Below are positions 1-9,281 of a DNA stretch of 64,000 nt, one piece after another (positions within the stretch are counted from its first letter, which is position 1; each line of letters begins with the position of its first letter). The notes beneath the pieces were generated by a model that had not been told where the DNA came from, ran no database searches, and was given only the letters and a program-made list of their open reading frames with translations. The DNA lies in IMG/VR virus record IMGVR_UViG_3300019458_000191, positions 25,914-89,913 of that record; one strand, written 5' to 3'. The stretch is from a virus. A program made the translations under genes and the position numbers.

Positions 1-2
1 AA

Positions 3-536
3 CTACCCGATTCTCTACCAAATAAATTTCCATTGATTGTTTCTATGGTAAAGGATGACCTTATGTTGAAGCCCGGTGAGATTGCCGAGGAATACATAGA
101 TGTATCTATGATTAATCTGGAATACATTGAACCTCCTGTTGGTGCTAAACCTTGGGGTGGGGAAGTCAGAGAAGTTGTTCCTGAAGGATACTATAATTGC
201 AACGAAGAAAAGTATAACAAATACTTCGGTTTTGGTCTTTCTCCTTGGTCCGAAATCATCGATAATCCTATTTTCAATGAAACGAATTTGGATGACTATG
301 AAATTTTGGCAGAAATTTTATGGGAATTGACTTTTTACGGATGGACACAGAAACAACAAGAAAACTTTCGATCTGAACTGGATGATAGACTTGAAGAATC
401 AAAGAAAGAAATCCAAGAAGGAAAATGTACAAAACTTCCAAAACAAGAAGGTGATAAATATACCGTTGTAATTCCTGATTGCGTGGCCAAATCATTTTCA
501 CGAAAGATAAATAATTTAGCAGAAGGCGCCGATTAA
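3..536 (+). CDS. Hypothetical protein, 5'-truncated (DUF6557-like)
   Basis: The frame is open from the window start. The AEILWELTFYGW motif resembles the DUF6557 family. Confidence 0.6.
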   Translation, partial: LPDSLPNKFPLIVSMVKDDLMLKPGEIAEEYIDVSMINLEYIEPPVGAKPWGGEVREVVPEGYYNCNEEKYNKYFGFGLSPWSEIIDNPIFNETNLDDYEILAEILWELTFYGWTQKQQENFRSELDDRLEESKKEIQEGKCTKLPKQEGDKYTVVIPDCVAKSFSRKINNLAEGAD

Positions 537-540
537 AATT

Positions 541-1167
541 ATGAAAGCAATAGCCGCAATGACATTGGATAGAGCCATTGGACACGATGGAAAATTGCCT
601 TGGCCAACATTAAAAGAAGATTTTCATTTCTTTAAAGGAATGACCAAAGGAAAGAAATTAGTGATGGGATCAAGGACATATAATTCTCTTCCTCAACCAT
701 TCTTAAAAGATAGAGAAATATACTCTATATCACGTAATAGAGTTCATGAATACACATCTGAATATCCTAATGCAAATTGTAAAGTTCATCACAAATCTTT
801 TCGTGATGATATTCCAAAGAACTTTCCTTTACAAGGCGAAGATGTATGGTTATGTGGCGGTGCAGAAATGTATAGAACATTTCTTCCATTGTGTAGTGAT
901 TTATATTTAACAATTGTGTTAGACCCATACGAAGGGGATGTATTCATGCCGGAATTTGATCATCTATTTTCGGAACAAAGATTAATTAAGGAATATAGAG
1001 ATATGTGGATAGTCCACTATTGGAATAGAACCTCATTGGTTCGTGAAACATATAGAGATGGATTCGATGCAAAATTAATAGGAAAGGTGGTTCAAAATCC
1101 AAATGAGAATCCGTCTTTAAGAAATGAATGGGATTTAGGATACAATAATGCACCGACGTTATTATGA
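541..1167 (+). CDS. frd: Dihydrofolate reductase with C-terminal Rmf-like extension
   Basis: DHFR motifs IAAM..IG..GKLPW, D..FFK.MT, VMGSRTY.SL and GGAEMY, plus about 45 extra C-terminal residues. Confidence 0.93.
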   Translation: MKAIAAMTLDRAIGHDGKLPWPTLKEDFHFFKGMTKGKKLVMGSRTYNSLPQPFLKDREIYSISRNRVHEYTSEYPNANCKVHHKSFRDDIPKNFPLQGEDVWLCGGAEMYRTFLPLCSDLYLTIVLDPYEGDVFMPEFDHLFSEQRLIKEYRDMWIVHYWNRTSLVRETYRDGFDAKLIGKVVQNPNENPSLRNEWDLGYNNAPTLL

Positions 1168-1529
1168 CCGACTTTCCCATAACAAATGAAGAGTTTGAGG
1201 CCCATCCTTGGAAAACAACCGAAATAGGAGAATACAAAGTTGATTACTATATATTACATACTTTTACTGATAGCAATTTGTATATCCGTATCACTCTTAA
1301 AGACCCTTCTTTTCATTCTTTCAGCCAGTCGGAAGCCATGGCAGAAGTTTTCAAAGTTAAAAATTATTTGTGTAATGAAGGATTTTTGGATGAAGAGATG
1401 GAAGGAACTAATTTTCCCGACGCCAATATAATAATTTATTCTATATTTGTTTATACAAAGAATAACGTCATAAAAGAAAATGTGTGGGATAAATTTTATG
1501 ATTGGTTAAAGAAAAAACTTTACGAATAA
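1164..1529 (+). CDS. Hypothetical protein
   Basis: ATGA overlap with the DHFR stop; fills the gap before thyA. Confidence 0.7.
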   Translation: MTDFPITNEEFEAHPWKTTEIGEYKVDYYILHTFTDSNLYIRITLKDPSFHSFSQSEAMAEVFKVKNYLCNEGFLDEEMEGTNFPDANIIIYSIFVYTKNNVIKENVWDKFYDWLKKKLYE

Positions 1530-1534
1530 AAAAG

Positions 1535-2620
1535 ATGAATATGAATAAAGTCGATGCAGAATATAATAGATTGGTAGAATTGGTTTTAAACGAAGGTAAA
1601 TTAAAGAAAAATAGAACGGGTATTGATACCATAGGTGTATTTGGTGCTCAATCTAAGTTTGATATTAATCTGGATGCATTTCCAATATTGACCACCAAAA
1701 AAGTATTCTTTAAAGGAATCGTTCATGAACTTTTATGGTTCATTAGTGGTGATAATAACATAAAATATTTAGTGGATAATAACGTTCACATTTGGGATGA
1801 ATGGGCATACGTAAAATTCCAAAAAGATAGTTGGTTGGGAAACAAGGAATATAGACATGAATTTCAAACTCAAGAAAAATTCATTCAGCGAATAAAGGAT
1901 TTGGATAAAGATGATTGGTTTGTTAAAAAATTCGGAGACTTAGGCGTGGGAACATACGGTGGAATGTGGAGAGATTTTCCTTATAGTGATTATTTTCAAG
2001 GAGCAGACTTGTCAGTTGAACTAGAATCAAGAGGCATAGACCAATTACAAAAAGTATTAAACAGTCTAAAATATAATCCGGATGATAGAAGAATGATTGT
2101 CAATTCGTGGCACCCATATTGGGTGGATAAATGTGCGTTGCCTCCGTGTCATTGTTTATTTCATTTTAATACAGAAGAATTGACTCACCAAGAAATGATA
2201 GATGAAGCCTTAAAGATATACATTAATGGTGACAAAGAATACCTCAACGGGTTATCATACAAACAATGTATCGATGATGCTTATATTCCTAAAAGAAGAT
2301 TGAATTGTTTGCTATATCAACGTTCGGCTGACTTGGGTTTAGGTATTCCTTTTAATATCACTTCTTATTGTTTATTGACAGCGATGATTGCTCACTGTGT
2401 AAGAATGGTGTCAGGAACATTTACACATACGTATGGAGACTTACATATTTATAAAAATCATATACCTTTTCTTTCTAAACAGATAACCAATTCTGGATAT
2501 GATTTACCACGTTTACGTATAAACACCAGCAGAAGAAATTTATTTGACTTGGTTTATGAAGACATTCAATTGGAAAATTATGTTTCTCAACCAACAATAA
2601 AGATGGACATCGCAGTATAA
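1535..2620 (+). CDS. thyA: Thymidylate synthase
   Basis: Motifs RTG, FPILTTKK, ELLWF, PDDRR, LPPCH, YQRSAD.LG.PFN and GDLHIY. Confidence 0.97.
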   Translation: MNMNKVDAEYNRLVELVLNEGKLKKNRTGIDTIGVFGAQSKFDINLDAFPILTTKKVFFKGIVHELLWFISGDNNIKYLVDNNVHIWDEWAYVKFQKDSWLGNKEYRHEFQTQEKFIQRIKDLDKDDWFVKKFGDLGVGTYGGMWRDFPYSDYFQGADLSVELESRGIDQLQKVLNSLKYNPDDRRMIVNSWHPYWVDKCALPPCHCLFHFNTEELTHQEMIDEALKIYINGDKEYLNGLSYKQCIDDAYIPKRRLNCLLYQRSADLGLGIPFNITSYCLLTAMIAHCVRMVSGTFTHTYGDLHIYKNHIPFLSKQITNSGYDLPRLRINTSRRNLFDLVYEDIQLENYVSQPTIKMDIAV

Positions 2621-2681
2621 ATAAGTGTAATTAATAAAAACAAAATACGTGGTTGTGGAACCCCGTAGATACTTATTATTA

Positions 2682-3830
2682 ATGGAGTCGGCAAATATGA
2701 AAAAAATGAAAAAAGACCTCTTCAAATGCTTAAATAAGTTTAAGACCTTCTTACATCCCCTTCTCAAAAAAACCGAACGATACGAAAGACAAATAGTTGC
2801 ATCCCTTCTTATTTTAGTTTTGTCTCTATCTTATCTTTTCTTCTTTGGTGAACCAATGCCTTCCAAAAAATCCGTATTAAAAAAATTAGATAATGTAACA
2901 GTTTTAGTGGAAGTAAAAGGCGGAAGCGGAACAGGAACTTTATTTTCAAGAAAGGATGATAAAGGAAATTTAGTACATTTTGTTTGGACATCAGGTCACG
3001 TTATTGATGATGCAATGATTGGTCCTGATGAAAATATGAACGTTTCATTCTCTGACATTAAAATATCAAAGATGAATTTAGTAGGTGATGCAATGTTAGA
3101 GAAAATTTCTTACTCAGCCAAAGTAATAAAGTTTAGTGGAATAAAAGGCGACGATTTGGCTTTATTGGAATTAGTCGATAAAAATATATTTGTAGAAGAT
3201 GACAGTGTGGAATTTGCTTCTCCGATTTTAGTTGTTCCGGGAACATCTTTATATCATGTAGGATGTATGTATGGTTCTTCTGGATACAATTCCGTATCAG
3301 AAGGAATGTTAGCAAATAATGGTAGAATGATATACGGAAAAGTTTTTGACCAATCATCAACAACTGTTTTTCCGGGTTCATCGGGCGGCGGCATATTCAA
3401 TGAACGTGGTGAATATGTTGGAATGATTACAATGATGCGTGAAGCCAATATGAATTATTTTATTCCCGTTCGTAGAATGATGGTTTGGGCTCAAGATAAT
3501 CATTTGGAATGGGCGTTGAATAGAGACATTAGAATGCCGCGGGAGTGGGTAAGGCACAATCAAATGAAAGACGCTGAATTGGATTCCGAGTTAGAAAGAT
3601 TTCAATATTTTTCATTTAAACAGTGGAAAAAACAGCAAGATAAACAAAAAGATTTATCAGATCAAATTTCTAAATTAAAAGAAAATTTGGACTCCTTGAG
3701 AAAGGAATTAGGAAGAACGAATATCATTCATCAAGCTAAACCTACAAATTCCGTTCCATCTTTGAGATTCCATTTTTTTGGTCCTAACGATGAAGAAGAG
3801 GATAGTGATTACGACTGTGGCAGACATTGA
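2682..3830 (+). CDS. Membrane-anchored trypsin-like serine protease with C-terminal coiled coil
   Basis: N-terminal hydrophobic helix; catalytic triad motifs TSGHV, DLALL and PGSSGGG. The start position is uncertain. Confidence 0.85.
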   Translation: MESANMKKMKKDLFKCLNKFKTFLHPLLKKTERYERQIVASLLILVLSLSYLFFFGEPMPSKKSVLKKLDNVTVLVEVKGGSGTGTLFSRKDDKGNLVHFVWTSGHVIDDAMIGPDENMNVSFSDIKISKMNLVGDAMLEKISYSAKVIKFSGIKGDDLALLELVDKNIFVEDDSVEFASPILVVPGTSLYHVGCMYGSSGYNSVSEGMLANNGRMIYGKVFDQSSTTVFPGSSGGGIFNERGEYVGMITMMREANMNYFIPVRRMMVWAQDNHLEWALNRDIRMPREWVRHNQMKDAELDSELERFQYFSFKQWKKQQDKQKDLSDQISKLKENLDSLRKELGRTNIIHQAKPTNSVPSLRFHFFGPNDEEEDSDYDCGRH

Positions 3831-3859
3831 TTTTTAGAATCTAACTAATAAATACCTCA

Positions 3860-3894
3860 CCCCCGTAGAATGGATTTCTACGGGGGTTTTGTTT
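3860..3894 (+). terminator. Rho-independent terminator
   Basis: CCCCCGTAGAA-TGGAT-TTCTACGGGGG stem-loop followed by TTTTGTTT. Confidence 0.85.
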
Positions 3895-3921
3895 GACAGT
3901 GAATAGAGAGTATGTTATATT
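3893..3921 (+). promoter_or_regulatory. Sigma70-type early promoter, probably leaderless
   Basis: TTGACA-17 nt-TATATT with TG extension; the ATG lies 6 nt downstream. Confidence 0.8.
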
Positions 3922-3927
3922 ACAATC

Positions 3928-4380
3928 ATGAACGATTACGTACTTTACATTTTAATGAGGAACGACCTTCCTAGTATGAATGTGGGTAGAGCCGCAGCAC
4001 AAGCATCTCACGCGTCTAATGCCTTTATTCATTCTTTTGGTAAACGAAATGATGTCAAAAAGTGGCAAAAACAAACATCACAAGGATTCGGAACGGCTAT
4101 CGTATTGTCAGCCGACAAAAAAACAATTCAATTCACCATAGATAATATTAATAAATGCAAAGATTGTCCGATTTCTTGGGTCACTGACCCTGAATACGGT
4201 ATGCCTGTAACAAAAGAAATATGGGAACATATTTCAATAGAATTACAGTCTGCTCAGCCCGTTGTTAAAGAAGATGGAATGGTGGTTTGGTTTAGAAAAG
4301 AAGATACTTGTGCATATATCTTTGGTAGTAAAGAAGACCTATTACCATTCTTAGGAGAACTACCATTATGGCCAAATTAA
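3928..4380 (+). CDS. Peptidyl-tRNA hydrolase, Pth2-like
   Basis: YILMRNDL.SM..GRAAAQASHA matches the PTH2 N-terminal signature. Confidence 0.8.
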   Translation: MNDYVLYILMRNDLPSMNVGRAAAQASHASNAFIHSFGKRNDVKKWQKQTSQGFGTAIVLSADKKTIQFTIDNINKCKDCPISWVTDPEYGMPVTKEIWEHISIELQSAQPVVKEDGMVVWFRKEDTCAYIFGSKEDLLPFLGELPLWPN

Positions 4381-4586
4381 AGAATTTTCTAATTCTTTTG
4401 TTTTTCAATTACTATACAATAGGAATAGCATTCCTAATATTTATTTTTGTTGCTATAAAAACAGGAAAACATATAAATTACAATCTCTTTTATTCCTCAC
4501 ATGTTGAGGAAAGGGTAAAACCGTTAGAAAAAAGAATAGAAAGATTAGAGTCGTTGATGACAAATGGGCCAATTCGATTACAATAA
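4368..4586 (+). CDS. Small membrane protein
   Basis: Hydrophobic N-terminus and short coiled coil; overlaps both neighbours. Confidence 0.6.
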   Translation: MAKLKNFLILLFFNYYTIGIAFLIFIFVAIKTGKHINYNLFYSSHVEERVKPLEKRIERLESLMTNGPIRLQ

Positions 4587-5007
4587 AAAAAGATACTGGT
4601 ATCATTTATCCTACAATTTTTCTACGCCAGAAATCGAAATCTTTCCTTGGGATAATTGGAGGCGCCGGGCAGGCTCAGAACCAAGTGGCAATCGTCTTTG
4701 TGTTTGTCCTTCTGTGGCCCATTGTTTAACGGCTTTACCACATAGACCACTTTATCATATTTATCGAACATTCTCCAAAATAATTGCAGAAGAACCAGAA
4801 GGAGTTTATGATTCTGAAGTAACTAAAGAAGCATGGATTGTTAAAAAAATAAAACTCAAAAAAATAGGTTTTATAGATTTGGATAAAATTTCAGAAGAGT
4901 TAGGATGGCGACCAATAGAAGCTGCAGTGGTTCCAAGAATCGATTGGTCCAGACGAGCATTAAAAGAATGGAATCAAATAAGCAATTTATATATGGATGT
5001 ATGTTAG
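4564..5007 (+). CDS. Hypothetical protein, possible ADP-ribosyltransferase fold
   Basis: Motifs WYHLS, EP...RLCVCPSV..CLTAL and D..VTKEAW. Confidence 0.55.
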   Translation: MGQFDYNKKRYWYHLSYNFSTPEIEIFPWDNWRRRAGSEPSGNRLCVCPSVAHCLTALPHRPLYHIYRTFSKIIAEEPEGVYDSEVTKEAWIVKKIKLKKIGFIDLDKISEELGWRPIEAAVVPRIDWSRRALKEWNQISNLYMDVC

Positions 5008-5207
5008 ACCCAAACCACAAATTATTAAAATTATTTAGAGACGGTAGAAATGGATTTTTCTTTCTAATCGGAAGTATGTTATTGGCTAGGTTTACTTTTC
5101 TTGTCGGTATCTTACCTGACATTAAATGGATGATACTGTGGGATTTAATTACCTACTTGACTTCTTTTATTTGGGGTGTATATTTAGTCCTTAGAACAAT
5201 TAAATGA
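5001..5207 (+). CDS. Small membrane protein
   Basis: Two hydrophobic segments; ATGA overlap with the ligase. Confidence 0.5.
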   Translation: MLDPNHKLLKLFRDGRNGFFFLIGSMLLARFTFLVGILPDIKWMILWDLITYLTSFIWGVYLVLRTIK

Positions 5208-6358
5208 ACGTTATGAAACAACTCCCTACTCTATTTGCCCGTGGAAACAATGGTAAAGTTCTTGAATGGTCCGTAGAAGTTCAAGGTAACAAATACCGAT
5301 TTATTACTGGTGCACAGGGATTTAAGCAAGTTACTTCTGAATGGTCTGTAGCAGAACCAAAGAATGTTGGCCGAACGAACGCAACCACTGCCGAAGAACA
5401 AGCCTTTTCTGAAGCTAAATCTCATTGGGAAAAGAAAATCAAGAGAAATGGATATTGGGAAAACATTGGCGATATCGACAAGACTACTTTTGTTGAACCG
5501 ATGTTGGCTAAAAACTTAAAAGATAGAATTGATAAGATTGATTGGAATGAAGGTGTTCTGGTACAGAACAAGTTTAATGGATTTCGGTGTGTAGCAACTT
5601 TTGATGGAGAAAATGTAGTATTAAAATCAAGGAAAGGAGAATTATACGTTTCTGTACCTCATATTAATATCGATCTAAAAAAGTTTTTTGAAACATATCC
5701 TGACGCAATACTGGACGGAGAATTGTTTAATAACGATTTGAGACAAAATTTAAATGAAATATCTAAACTTGTTCGTAAAACTAAAAACATTACGGATGAA
5801 GATTTACTACGAAGTGAAAAATTAGTTAGATTTTTTGTTTATGATGGATACAATATGACAAGTGACTTGGGACCAGAAGTCGGTTATATTATTAGAAAAC
5901 AATGGATAGATGATGTTCTCCCAAAATTTTCTAAATTTTATCATCCCGTTAAAACCTTAATAGCTCACTCAATAAATGAAGTAGATTCTATTTTTGGAGA
6001 ATATGTAAAGGATTGTCAAGAAGGTGTTATTGTCAGAATTCCGAATTCTTCTTATGAGAATAAACGTTCATCATCCTTGCTCAAATATAAACCCATCGAC
6101 GATGCTGAAGCCACCATTATTGATATTAAAGAAGGAACGGGAAATTGGTCCGGAACAGGAAAAATAATTACACTTCAATGGGAAGGAAAGTCATTTGATG
6201 CGACGTTTAAAGGAACGTATGAAGAAGGCGTCGAGTTTTTGAAAAATAAAAAGAAGTGGATAGGTAAAGAAGTAAAATTCATTTACAATTCTCTTACTGG
6301 TTTGGGAATACCTAACTATGCGAGGGTGGATATTAATAATTGCACTCCTGAAAAGTAA
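5204..6358 (+). CDS. ATP-dependent DNA ligase with N-terminal WGR-like domain
   Basis: PMLA, motif I KFNGFR, LDGELF, VYD, EGVIVR, KRS..LLKYK, and a C-terminal OB domain. Confidence 0.92.
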   Translation: MNVMKQLPTLFARGNNGKVLEWSVEVQGNKYRFITGAQGFKQVTSEWSVAEPKNVGRTNATTAEEQAFSEAKSHWEKKIKRNGYWENIGDIDKTTFVEPMLAKNLKDRIDKIDWNEGVLVQNKFNGFRCVATFDGENVVLKSRKGELYVSVPHINIDLKKFFETYPDAILDGELFNNDLRQNLNEISKLVRKTKNITDEDLLRSEKLVRFFVYDGYNMTSDLGPEVGYIIRKQWIDDVLPKFSKFYHPVKTLIAHSINEVDSIFGEYVKDCQEGVIVRIPNSSYENKRSSSLLKYKPIDDAEATIIDIKEGTGNWSGTGKIITLQWEGKSFDATFKGTYEEGVEFLKNKKKWIGKEVKFIYNSLTGLGIPNYARVDINNCTPEK

Positions 6359-6429
6359 TTGGTTATAATGAATTTAATCCCTTGTCTTTCAAACATCTAC
6401 GCTTGGAGAGAATGGAATAAATTTAAAGA

Positions 6430-6457
6430 TTGACATTTTACTGTTTTGTGGTAATTT
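6430..6457 (+). promoter_or_regulatory. Sigma70-type promoter
   Basis: TTGACA-16 nt-TAATTT with TG extension in an intergenic gap. Confidence 0.55.
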
Positions 6458-6487
6458 TCATTTGAGAGATTTTATCCAAAAGAGTTT

Positions 6488-7120
6488 ATGTATATTGCTT
6501 TAGACAACGAAATGGGTGGAGTAACCTTAGATTACTCGTTACTAACAACTTATCTAGTTGTTTTAGATGAAAATTTAAACAAAGTAGATGAATTGGAACT
6601 GGCCTTAAAACCCAACGACGGTATCTATCGTGTTTGTGGACGTGCAATGGAAGTTAATAAAATTGATTTGAAAGAACACGACAAAGTTGCCATCTACTAC
6701 AAAGAAGCTGGTAGCCTACTGTATCAATTTTTAAATAAAAATGCCTCGACCTCTCGAATTCCTTTGGTTCCCGGTGTAGGAAAAATTAATCGATTGACTC
6801 CAATCGGTCATGGGATTTATGGAGATATTGCATTCTTGACTCACTATCTAATGAAAGAAGAAACTTGGGAAACATTCGTTTCTTATAGAAAATTAGATAC
6901 CCAAGCTGTGGCACAATTTTTGAAAGCTTGTGGAAAAATTCCTGATACGGTGTCTGGAAGTTTGGAATCTTTAGCAAAACATTTTGAAATAATTACTGAA
7001 GGAGCCAATGGAAATGTTTCTTATGTCGGTCTATATGATTGTATCGTTAGTTTACATAATGCCAAAGTAGATACTATGTTAACGGTTGAAGTGTTCAAGA
7101 AAATGAAGGAACTTATTTAA
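6488..7120 (+). CDS. DEDDh 3'-5' exonuclease (DnaQ-like)
   Basis: Motifs IALDNEMGG, GH....DI.FL, LDT and HNAKVD. Confidence 0.85.
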   Translation: MYIALDNEMGGVTLDYSLLTTYLVVLDENLNKVDELELALKPNDGIYRVCGRAMEVNKIDLKEHDKVAIYYKEAGSLLYQFLNKNASTSRIPLVPGVGKINRLTPIGHGIYGDIAFLTHYLMKEETWETFVSYRKLDTQAVAQFLKACGKIPDTVSGSLESLAKHFEIITEGANGNVSYVGLYDCIVSLHNAKVDTMLTVEVFKKMKELI

Positions 7121-7794
7121 TGATTAATACATTAAAAATTAAGGAAACAGAAGACAGAAAAGTTTATGTATCTTCGGATACTCACTTTAATCACGATCGA
7201 GAATTTATTTGGGGAGTCCGGGGATATATAAACAACCAAGACCATACTGATTCTATCATAAATGACATAAATTCTTTGGTTAGACCACAAGATGTTCTAA
7301 TTCATTGTGGAGATTTTTGTTTAAATACAACACGAGAAATGCTAGATTCTGTATTGGATAGAATCCACTGTCAGACAATTTATTATATTTGGGGAAATCA
7401 TAATAATCCTCTTCAAAAAGTTTACAATGAATTGTGTGTTAAATTATTGCCTCAATGTGAATCGGATTTTCCAATCACGGAAATTTATCCGTTAAGATAT
7501 AAAAATCTAGTTTTTGTTGGAAATTATCTTGAAGCCTTTATCAATGGTAGAGCATACGTTTTTTGTCATTATCCAATTTACGTATGGAATAATGTGAAAG
7601 ATGGAGTAATTCATTGTTGTGGACATTCTCATTACACTCTTCCATTGTCTCAGGCCGAAGATTTAACAGCGAAAATTTTAGATGTTGGTTGGGATGGTTT
7701 TAAACAACCATACTCTCCGAAGGAAATTCTCGCCATTTGTGAAAAAAAGGGATTACAAAAGGTTGACCACCATAAATTCAAAAATAAGGTTTAA
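7120..7794 (+). CDS. Calcineurin-like metallophosphoesterase
   Basis: Motifs SDTHF.H, GDF, GNH, HYP, GHSH and DVG.D. Confidence 0.9.
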   Translation: MINTLKIKETEDRKVYVSSDTHFNHDREFIWGVRGYINNQDHTDSIINDINSLVRPQDVLIHCGDFCLNTTREMLDSVLDRIHCQTIYYIWGNHNNPLQKVYNELCVKLLPQCESDFPITEIYPLRYKNLVFVGNYLEAFINGRAYVFCHYPIYVWNNVKDGVIHCCGHSHYTLPLSQAEDLTAKILDVGWDGFKQPYSPKEILAICEKKGLQKVDHHKFKNKV

Positions 7795-7797
7795 TAT

Positions 7798-8028
7798 ATG
7801 ACTACAAATACAACATTTGAACAAACTTGTTTGTCCGCAGCAGAAGAAATTACTAAATTATTAGACGTATTGGGATTTACTTCTGATGAATCACATACTG
7901 ATGTAAAAGAAAGAATTGCTGAAATCATCAGTCGTAATGTTCAATTAGATTCCGTTACATCTCTTGAACAATCTTCTTTGTCTGTAGAAGAACGTTCTCC
8001 GTTGTTAAAAGACGAAGTGCCATTTTAA
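7798..8028 (+). CDS. Hypothetical protein
   Basis: Fills the gap in a tightly packed operon; ends in DEVPF. Confidence 0.65.
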   Translation: MTTNTTFEQTCLSAAEEITKLLDVLGFTSDESHTDVKERIAEIISRNVQLDSVTSLEQSSLSVEERSPLLKDEVPF

Positions 8029-8032
8029 ATCA

Positions 8033-8584
8033 ATGTACAATACATTAGTTTGTAATTTTCTTGGTGGACCTGGTACCGGAAAATCAACAATGGCTGGAAG
8101 TGTATATTCCGAACTTAAATGGAGAGGAATAGAAACAGAAATAGTTTTTGAATTTGCGAAGGAATTAGTTTGGGAAAAGAGAACAGAAACATTCAAAGAC
8201 CAAATTTATATATTCGGTGAACAATATCACAGAATCTTTAGGCTGTTGAATCAAGTCGAAGTCATTGTAGTCGATAGTCCATTACTTCTTACTCCAATTT
8301 ATGACCAAGAACATAGGTCTAATCTTGAGAGTCTTTCCGTAAATGAATTCAATAGATTTAATAACTATAATATTTTCATTTCTAGGGAAAAGCCATACAA
8401 TCCTAATGGAAGAAATCAAGATGAAAATGGAGCCATAGAAAAAGATTGTGAAATTCTTAGATTATTAAATCGGTATAATGTTCAATTTGATGTTCTTCCC
8501 GGAAGAAGAGATAGTATTATTCCAATTTGTGACAGAATTACCACTCAATTGCTTCCAACTTTATCCAGAATACATCATGAATAA
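8033..8584 (+). CDS. NadR-like P-loop kinase/ATPase (AAA_28)
   Basis: Motifs GGPGTGKS, EFAKEL, DSPLLL and GRNQ. Confidence 0.85.
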   Translation: MYNTLVCNFLGGPGTGKSTMAGSVYSELKWRGIETEIVFEFAKELVWEKRTETFKDQIYIFGEQYHRIFRLLNQVEVIVVDSPLLLTPIYDQEHRSNLESLSVNEFNRFNNYNIFISREKPYNPNGRNQDENGAIEKDCEILRLLNRYNVQFDVLPGRRDSIIPICDRITTQLLPTLSRIHHE

Positions 8585-9257
8585 TTATATGGATATAAAA
8601 GTCAGGGAACATGGCGGAATTATTTACGTAACGGCCCCAAATCAATACATTTTATGCGATACATTCATGAGAATGCAAGAATTCTATGAATCTCCGATAC
8701 CATGTCTTCGTGGAAATTATTTCGCCGAAGAAACATTCAGAGACGAATACGCAAAGAAGTTTCAGAAGTTTAATTACCATACTACATGGGTTGGATTTAA
8801 TGTTCCCGGAAATATAGTTAAGGAATTTTACAAAAAATTTCATGATTTATCCATGAAAGAACAAGTCTTAAAGAATCTTCTAAAACCATTTCTAAAATCC
8901 AATAAAAAATTCTACATCATTGGAACAATAGAAAGTGATAGGGAAGGTACCCTTGAACATGAAATTGCTCATGCTAGATATTATTTGAATCGAAGTTATC
9001 GACTCGCACAAAACAAAGTTTTTCGGTCGATGCCAAGATATATTCAAGAATATTTCATCAATGCGTTAATACAAATGAAATATGATAAATCGGTGGGTAT
9101 TGATGAAACTCAGGCATATCTCTGTTCAACTTTGGATTTGTGGTATTTGAAGAAAAATTTTAGAGTCAAAGAAATGTCATGGATAAGAAACAAATTGATT
9201 CACCTTCGTTCCCTCCCTTATCTATTCAAATTTCGGAAAAATTTTCCGAGATTGTAA
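8577..9257 (+). CDS. Hypothetical protein with HExxH zincin motif
   Basis: Motifs QEFYESP, GFNVP, HEIAHARY and DETQAY. Confidence 0.7.
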   Translation: MNNYMDIKVREHGGIIYVTAPNQYILCDTFMRMQEFYESPIPCLRGNYFAEETFRDEYAKKFQKFNYHTTWVGFNVPGNIVKEFYKKFHDLSMKEQVLKNLLKPFLKSNKKFYIIGTIESDREGTLEHEIAHARYYLNRSYRLAQNKVFRSMPRYIQEYFINALIQMKYDKSVGIDETQAYLCSTLDLWYLKKNFRVKEMSWIRNKLIHLRSLPYLFKFRKNFPRL

Positions 9258-9268
9258 TTAGTTAAATA

Positions 9269-9276
9269 TATTTATA
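9269..9276 (+). promoter_or_regulatory. Putative late promoter TATTTATA
   Basis: Lies 5 nt upstream of the ATG at 9282; the same element precedes several other genes. Confidence 0.55.
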
Positions 9277-9281
9277 AGAGT

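Noticed and set aside
1535-2620. Intron in thyA, or a dCMP hydroxymethylase
   Set aside because: The frame is continuous, and the PFN Asn typical of dUMP-specific enzymes is present.
2616-2623. T4-type late promoter TATAAATA on the + strand
   Set aside because: It overlaps the thyA stop codon in AT-rich sequence. Elsewhere the gene-proximal motif has the opposite orientation, so chance is likely.
2661-2669. CCCCGTAGA shared with the terminator arm at 3861, as a possible mobile-element boundary
   Set aside because: Only 9 bp, with no transposase or integrase and no other boundary evidence.
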